Assembly (NCBI RefSeq): GCF_006345805.1
Contig: NC_043007.1
Location: 48,174,001 to 48,238,000, forward strand
Reading direction: 5' to 3'
Source of the DNA: Octopus sinensis
Lineage: Eukaryota
Length of the DNA: 64,000 nt
Shown: piece after piece, positions 12,411-21,700 of the stretch
How positions within the stretch are numbered: the first letter of the stretch is position 1
Layout of the letters: every line of letters begins with the position of its first letter
The notes under the pieces: model-generated
Told to the model about the DNA's origin: nothing
The model's database searches: none
Seen by the model: only the letters and a program-made list of their open reading frames with translations
Made by a program: the position numbers and the translations under genes

Positions 12411-15400
12411 AAATATATTTCAAGAAGAATACGTGCATGTCCACACACTAATGGGGTAGAATGTGATCCAAAAAATCACAATTTAATCATTCTGAAGTGG
12501 TAAAATATTCCTTGATATCACACTTCTTTTATCAAAAGTAATCCAGTCTTTTTGTTGACACAGAATTCTTTAAGCTAACAATGTCTTTATTATAATGGAC
12601 AAACATGTCGTATATGATTTTCACCAAAGACAGCATAAATGAAATAAAATGTGAAGATGAAACTAAAAAGATTCTGAACTGAATACTTGATTTTGCATGT
12701 CAGAAAAGGGATTTAAAAAAAGGTTTATTTTTTTATGTAAACAGAATAAAGTATTAGACAATCTTTCAGGGAAAGTACATGAAACTATTTGTTCAGCAAT
12801 TTCTGTAAATATTTTTTATTTCATTTTTTTCTCAGTTGAATTGCTTATGTTTATGTATATTTGTGTATGTAAGTACGTGTTTACGTGTGTGTATGTAAGT
12901 ATATGTATGTATGCGTTTATGTGATGTATATATATTTGTGTATGTATGAGTATAAACATATACATGCATATAGGTACAAGTATGGCTGTGTGGTAAGAAG
13001 CTTGTTTCTCTAACCCTCAATCACTCTGCATGGCACCTTGGGCAAGCAAGTGTCTTCTTCTATAGCCTCAGGATGACCAAAGTCTTGTGGATGGATTTGG
13101 TGGATGGAAACTGAAGGAAGCCCATTGTATATATGTATATATTTGTGTGTGTATGTCTGTGTTTATCCCCACCCAACCCAGCCACTGCTATTGCTTGACA
13201 ACCAATGCTGGTTTGTTTATGTCCCTGTAACTTAATGGTTTGACAAAAGAGATCAATAGAATAAGTTCTAGGCTTACAAAGAATAAGTCACGAGGTTGAT
13301 TTCTTCAACTAAAACCCTTTAAGGCAATGCTCCAGCATAGCCACAGTCAAATAACTGAAACAAGTAAAAGAAATATATAAAAAATACATACACATACATA
13401 CAATTACATACACACAAATACAAACACATACATACACACATACACACATACATACATACATGCATGCATGCATGCATGCATGCATGCATACATACATACA
13501 TACATACATACATACATACATACATACATACATACACAAAAGATACATAGACACAAGCGATTTAGCTGCAAAAAAGAAATTAAAGAAATGGAATTTTTTT
13601 ACAGAAATTGCCAAACCAGTTTGACCTCTCATGTACTTTCTCTGAAAGATTGCCAAGTATTACAGTGGCATGGTTTGAACCTGCTATCTTCCCATTAGTA
13701 GTGCAGCATCATTATCAGTCCAACCAATATATAAAATTTCTATCAAACTGATTCATTGATCTATATGTCATTGGTAATATTCTTTTATGTTTCTATCATG
13801 TAGATTGTCAGGGTGATGTTTGTCTAAATGGTGGCACCATGGACCCTGAAACCTGTCAGTGCCACTGCACAAATAACACTTTTACATCTGAACCACTTTG
13901 TGGCAGTAAGTATACTTTATCTACATTGACAGTATTTAGTGGCAAACCTATACACACACACATATACACACACATGTACAAAGGTAAGTCAAAAATTATA
14001 CACACTTTTGTTTCTGTGGTTTATTAAAACAAACGCTGGGGTTGAGAGATTGCGTCATTTTGTTTCTAAAAATACTTCTTCCAGCAGATAATAAAAATAG
14101 CTAAAAGGTTGGCTGGCTACTGGTGTATTTCTGATAGAATGATGTTGGTACGGCTTCAAGGTAAACTGTTTGACGCAGTAGTGATTCAGTGCTATGCTCC
14201 TACATCTGACAGTAATATTGAAGAGATAGATGATTTTTATGTCCAATAGGATGAGGTAGAGCTGCAGTGCAAATCACGTGATATTAAAATCATCATGGGA
14301 GATGTAAGTGTATGTATGTGTATGTATTATGGGAGACTTCAATGTGAAAGTTGGGGAGAGTAAAGACGGTGAAACTGTTGGATCATTTGGTATGGGTCAG
14401 AGGAATGAACGAAGTGAGAGGCTAGTTGGGTGGGGCAAGGAAAATGGTTTGATCATAACAAACATGTTTTTCAAATATCATCTGAGAAACCTGTACACAT
14501 GGAAAAGTCCTAGACATGGTTGCCGGAATAAAATTGAATTCATCTTGATCAATGAAAGTTTTCGAAATTCAGTGCAAAGGGCCAGGACGTATTCAGGAGC
14601 CGATTCTGATACTGATCATATATTGCTTAGCAGAAAAAATCAGACTGAAATTAAAGAAAATCTATTGGAAGAAGACTGCACCTCAATTACAGTTAAAGTT
14701 GCTAAAATTAGACAATGATATCAGGACAGGGTTTTGCCAAAACGTCATGGATCAGTATGATGGAAGACCACAGTCAAAGGTCTCTACACTGATGATGGAA
14801 GGAAAGAAAAACCAGAGATAAGCAAGCCAATGGATGGCCATATGATTACAGCAGCTGAAATCAAGCAGGCTATGGACCAGATGAAAAGTGGAAAAGCGAT
14901 GGGAAATGATAACATTGTGTTTGAACTTGTAAATGCTTTGGGGAATTTTGGAGTAGAAAAATTAACAGAGATAGCGAACCATGTTTACAACTCAGGGGAT
15001 GTTACTGAAGAAATACTGGAATCAATCTTCATCGCCTTGCCTAAAAAGTCTGAAACAATTGAGTGCAAAAATCATAGAATGATAAGCCTAATGAGTCATG
15101 TGACAAAGATTATTTTGAGAATGGAGTTGAATTGAGTGAAAGGTAGGTACTATTAGGGGAAACCTATCAGTTCAGCTATAGAACAGGAAAGGGGATGAGA
15201 AATGCAATTCTGTGCTTGAGGACGTTGATAGAAAAGTGCATAGAGAAACAAAAAAGACTTGTACATCTGTTTTATTGACCATGTGAAGGTATTTGACTGC
15301 ATCAAGCATGAAGAGTTAGTTAGAATGTTGGATGAACTCAAGATTGATGGAGAAGATCTAAGAATGATAGGAAATTTATATTGGGACCAGAAAGCAACCA

Positions 15401-17613
15401 TCTAAGTGCACGGAGAATTGGGCAACTGGATTGACATTCAGAAAGGTGGCTGGCAAGGTTGTATTTTGTCACCTGATTTATTCAACCTATATAGCGAGAA
15501 AGCTCTAAGCAAGATCAAGACAATTGCAGGGCTACAACTGCGGGAAAGGAATTATAACAATCTGAGGTACGCAAACAATACAGCTTTCTTTGCGGACCCA
15601 GAAGACAAGCTTCAGGGATTGATTAATATTATGACTGAGGAGAGTGGAAAACTTGGATTGATGATTAACTGCAAGAAAAACCTTCTCAATGGTCTATACC
15701 AAGAAGGCACATGGACCCGCATGTCGCTTGATGGTGAATGGAACTGGGATAGAGCAGAACAGTTTCATATATCTGGGAAGTTGGATAACATCAGATGGAA
15801 GGTCAGATAAGGACATCAAGTGCAGAATTGGGTTAGTAAAGAAGAGATTTAAGGATATGAGGAGCATTTTTTGTGCAAAGAGAATTGGAATGGAAATCTA
15901 GAAAAGACTATTGAAGTGCTACATCTGGTCAGTGCTAACATATGGATGTAAGTCTTGGACAAAAGCTACAGAAATGTGGTTTTAGAGAAAAATGCTTAGA
16001 ACTCCGTGTGTACCGAGGGTGACGAATGTGGAAGTGTTGAAGAAGATGAAAATGAAGAGACAGTTGATGGATACTATCAGAGAGGGGCAGTGGAGATTTG
16101 TTGGTCATTTTCTCAGAGAGGATGACAGAATAGAGCACTACATGGTGGAGACTGAGCTAGTGGGAAGGAGAGCAAGAGGAAGGCAGGGAATGAAGATGTT
16201 TGACCGGATGAAGAAGAGAATGAACATGCAGAGAAAGACTTGGGTGATGTTGCAAGAGCCAGAAATAAAAGTACCATTGATATTATTTACAGGATTGTAA
16301 ATCACGACGCTATAATAAAAAACCATTTGCACTGAAAGCATATATATATATATATATATATATCTCCCTTACTTTCTCTCTATCTAGCTACCTCCTTTGC
16401 TCTCTTTTTCACTGTTTCTCCTCTATCCATCTCTTTTGTCAACATGTTCTAAGTATTTACTACCCAATACATAAATATCCTCAAACAGTAATCTCATTAT
16501 ATTTTTTTTATAGTGAACTGCTCCCTGGGTTATGATCCTGCAGACTGTTCAATGAAATACACTGTCAATGATTGCTCCCTACATCCTCATGTAACCATGA
16601 AATGTCCTTGGCTTTGTGGAATCTGTCCATGTAAGTTAGAATTTTTTATTACTACACATATATGAAAATAAACATAATTTAATTTCAGCACTATTACTCA
16701 TAATTTATTATTTATATATTTTATATCTATTGCCCTCCCACAGAAACAAAAGAATCTTTCCTGGAGTTCCATTTTTAAGCAAGTAATTTAGTATGCCTAC
16801 CTGACAGCAGATATTAACTCTCTTCCTAGCATAAGCCTTGAATGTGTATGCGTATGCATGTATATGTGTGCATGCATGCACACACACATACACACTTATA
16901 TATATAAATGTATGTTTATGTATTTGTTTTGCAAGGTTCTTTTTGTGAAACCATGTGTTGAAACAGATATTATTATACTTAGCCAATTAAACACACACTA
17001 TATATTTGGTTTTCACTTCAGCTTTATTATTATTACCATAGTTTCTGTCAAAGCTCTTTCATCACACATCCTTTGACCTTTTCATTGACTCTTTATCCCA
17101 TGTCTCTCATCTTGTTCTGCTTATTCCATTTTGTCTTTTTATGATTTAATATAAATATATTTTTAAGTAATGCTGGCTAAATGTTAAGCAACATAAAGGC
17201 GATGCTAACAAATAAAGACAAAAACAAGATATTGTATCACTCTACATTCTACATAGGTTGTTTAACTCTTCTATTATATTTCAGGAAATCTTCCCTCCAA
17301 ACTCTTGGATTATTTTCTATCTTATATTTGATAATGGAAGCTTTCCCAGAATATATATGTTGTTTGATATAATATCTTGTCATCGGTTTTAGTTATTGGT
17401 ATCACACCTAATTTCTTGCCCGCAGTGCTTAGAGGTCTTTTTGAAAATATCTTATTTGCACATTGCAATTACCTTATTCTTGTTTTCCAGATGCTGAATA
17501 TGTAACCACCAATAATACAAGAGTGACAGGTCAGAATGGTTGTTTCTTCATCATCATTATTCAATATCCTGCCACAGTGGGGCTGTGGCTGTTGCAAAAT
17601 TCATTTATTATTA

Positions 17614-17664
<51 letters not shown>

Positions 17665-17672
17665 TATTACTA

Positions 17673-17705
<33 letters not shown>

Positions 17706-17711
17706 TATTAC

Positions 17712-17774
<63 letters not shown>

Positions 17775-18670
17775 CATTATTATTATTATTTTAAAAGGAT
17801 TGGTGTAACTTCTCACAAATGTAAATAGGCAATACAAAGAGTGTGATTCGATTGCAATAGATATTTCATTTGTTGAACGATATTTCGACAGCTAGCCTGT
17901 CTTTGTCGAGTTCAGAATAAAAAGTGATTCATAGAAATTCAAATTCAAAAGATTGACCGAGTGCAACCAGCGTTTCTACATTGATAGAATGACATCATCA
18001 GTCTTCAATTTTCAAGTTTACAACTGACAAAAAACAAAAAGAAAGAAAGAAAGAATGGGGAAAAAGGAAAAAGAAGAATATTTAATCAAACACCTTTGTG
18101 TAAATATGATGAAATTTCCCTGTCATTTTCTTCATAAAGACAGGCAAGCTGTCAAAATATCATTCAACCAGTAAATTATTTATTACAATTGCATCATACT
18201 CTTCATATTGTCTATCATTATTATTATTATAAGCTAAGGTGGCCAATTGGCTGAATTGTTAGCATGCTAGACAAAATGCTTAGCAGTATTTCACCCATGT
18301 GTTCTGAGTACAAATTCCGCCAAGGTCAACTTTGCCTTTCATCCTTTTGGAATCAATTAAACAAGTACCAGTTACACACTAGGGTGGATGTAGTCAACTT
18401 AATCCCTTCTCCCTAATTTGAGGCTTTGTGCTTCCAGTAGAAAAGATTATTATTATTATGATCTAAGATGGCCAGCTGGCAGAATTGTTAGCATACTGGA
18501 TGAAATGCTTAGCAGTATTTCACCCATCACTGTATTCCAAGTTCAAATTCCACCAAGGTCAACTTTCATCCTTTCAGGAGCGATAAAATAAGTACCAGTT
18601 GAACATTGGGTTGAGGAATTTGATTTATCCCCTCTCTTAAAATTGCTGTCCTTGTGGCAAAATTTGAAAC

Positions 18671-18706
<36 letters not shown>

Positions 18707-21700
18707 CTAGTGTATTGCCCATGCATAGGTTTGTCCTGCCATTCCTTTTCAAATTCTTTTTTCATTCTCTTCCTGCATTCATTAGATTTCATTGCATCAA
18801 GGTCTCTTACATTTTTAAGGTACCAAGCTAGGTTGTTTTCTTTGCTTATGACACAGTTTTCACAAATTATTAGTCCTCTACCTCCTTTTTTCTTCCAACA
18901 TAAAGTTTTGCAACATCACTCCTTGCAAGGAGCTCCTTATGCACAGTCATCAATTTCCTAGTTTTCCATTTAATAACTCCTGCCCCACAGTGCATGAGGG
19001 ACACAGCCTATGTATTCATTACCTTAGTCTTATTCATTTCATTCAATTTACATGACATTACAGGTTTCACATCTTCATTTGTTTCTCTATGATCTTATCC
19101 AACTTAAGGAATCCCAAATCCTTGCATTCTTCCTCTCCTACTGTAATAATCTGACCATTTGCAAGCTCAGTCCCTCCACTCTTTGCTAGTTTTCCCCAGT
19201 TTCAGTATTACAACACCATTTTTTTTTTATAAACACCATCCTATCTGGATTAACCAGGTTTACAATAGATGTTAAGCTGTCAGTTTTGTCCTCATCTTTC
19301 ACAAATAACTTTAAATCAACCATTAATAACAGATGGTTGATCTTAATATCAATTAGCATATATCTAATTTCCACATTTCTAAGGACTTGGGTCAGGGAGA
19401 TCATGCAGATGACAAATAAGAGTGACGAAAAGCTGCCTCCCTGAAATATACCTTTTCATATGTTAACAGATCCTAAGTAGTCCCTAGAATAAATTAATAT
19501 CTAATATCCAGTGTGCAAAGTAGTAATAATAATAATAATAATAATAACAATATATGTCCTGAAGTAGTACCAGATAGTGGCTCTCGTGGCTTCTGATCTT
19601 AACTGATTGGAAGTGTTATCATGTACATTGTTTTGTCTTGGTATAAGAGATGGGCTACAGCAAATATTCTGCTCAACACCACAGATTTGCTTGTAAGTTG
19701 TTTGACCTTAACCAGTTGACCATGTCCCTTAGTGGCTGATGATATGTGCATCTCTGATCACGAGCAGAAGTAGTGGGGGAGCATCATAGCTGTGTGTTGA
19801 AAGGAATTCTTAGAGGTTTGGATAATTCACCTGTGGAAACATGGGTGTTCATTCAACAGCCTTAAACAACCCTTATTCAGTGACCTTTTGAGTGGAATGG
19901 GCTACTCGACCAGAAGAAAATTCTAACTGGGCCCAGCCTGCAAGGTCATGCACTGTTTATCTTGATATGAGATCACCATGTTGTACACATGTGGTTGTGA
20001 TGCATGTGCCTGGTGTACCTTTATCAGACGGGTAGTTATGATGGGTATACTGGGCTTCGTATATTATATCCCAGTGGCATTTTGATGGCATGCACTGCTC
20101 TTTCACTCAATAATAATAATAATAATAATGACAATAATGATAATAAAAATAATAGTAACAAAACTTAATTTTTTTAGCAACTAAATATATTGTATTTTGA
20201 TATTGTTTCTCCCAGCTTTTATATATGTTGCTATTATGCTTGCGGTATTTGGTATTTCATTTGTCCCTGTTGTGCCTCTTACTTCTGTACATGTTGCTAT
20301 TGTATATTGCTGTTGCTATTATCCTTGCAGTTAGTGCAGCATCATGCCAGTTGCTGTTGTACCATTTACTATTGTGACTGTTGCTGTTATGCCAATTGCT
20401 ATTATAGCTATTGTTATTGTGCTGGTATTTTATGCTTGAATTATCTATGCTGTTATTTGCCAGCTGCCATTGGAATTGTTGCTATTGAGACTGTTGCTAT
20501 TATGTTGTTGTTATATGTAGCTAGAATGTATGCTGATATTTGCTTGTTGCTATTGTGTTAGCTCCTAATGTACTAGTTGCTATTGCGTGAGTTGCTGTTG
20601 TGTCTGTTGCTATTGTGCATGCTGCTAATGTATCAGCTGTTATTGTGATTGTTGCTGTAACCGTTACGTATGTTGCCATTATGTGTGTTGCTAACCTATG
20701 TTCTGTTCCCCACAAAAGCTATCTCTAGTTTATCTTCTCCTACATTTCTCCTTTTCATCCTCTCTCTCTTTCTCTCTTTACAGAACTGACCACAGTTTAT
20801 ACAACCATGCCGTTTCCTGAAATTAATACAGCTTCAGGTAAGGATTTCATCTTAAAATCAAACGATTGATAAATTGTACACCAGAAATGTCATCATCAGA
20901 CTGTACTTTCACTAACTGCTGACTCCATTTGTCCATTCCTTAACTCTGAGAACACTAGTTCTAGGAGTACAATAAATCGGACACTTGAAAAAAGAGAACT
21001 ATGAGCTTGGCTCAACTTCATGTCTTCTAGCTTAGTTTGAAATACACTTAGTTTGAAATACATTACTGTATTGGTCTATGTTCAATTTCCTAGCTGACAA
21101 GGCACAATCCACTATTTTCCATAAACTTGACAAGGTTCAGATTTATCTTGTATAAAATTATGTCTAATAAATTTTCGGCATTTCTCAAAATAACAATGTT
21201 ATTAAGTCTACTAATGAATTTATAAACTGTAAAAGTGGATATATGTGCTCCTTGAATGACCGACCTACTTCACCTGTGCTCCTTGAAAGACTAACCTGCT
21301 TCATCTATTTCATAAGTCTTCAAATTAATACTGAAGTATCATCAAAAATTTCTTTCTTATTAGAAGCAATTATTTTTTAATACTAGAAAGATCATCATCC
21401 TTATTATCCTTATCATTGTTTTCCATGTCACTCAGACTGAATTCTTTGAGGCAGATACACTGGATACCATTATTATCATTATTATTATTATTATTTACTT
21501 TTAATCTGCATGTTTGTTGAAATCACTTGCCAAGACATACCCAGCACCCTAGGGTGAGTGAAGGATAAAGCTTAGGGAGGGGAAGTGGCAGGAGCAGTAG
21601 TGAAATATCGCCATGTAATACAACACAGACCATTAAATTGATAGGGGTTTTCTAAGGATACGGGCAGTATTTATTAGCACAAACTTTTGGATTTCTCTGA

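Noticed and set aside
15560-15580. Parallel loss of catalytic Asp (RTE YANN, PLE YRDN) as a targeted inactivation signal
   Set aside because: GACGAT to GACAAT is an ordinary CpG-type transition, and both elements carry other lesions.
20190-20561. Cys/Tyr-rich 123-aa ORF resembling metallothionein or keratin-associated proteins
   Set aside because: It is the translation of a degenerate trinucleotide tract, with no splice or start support.
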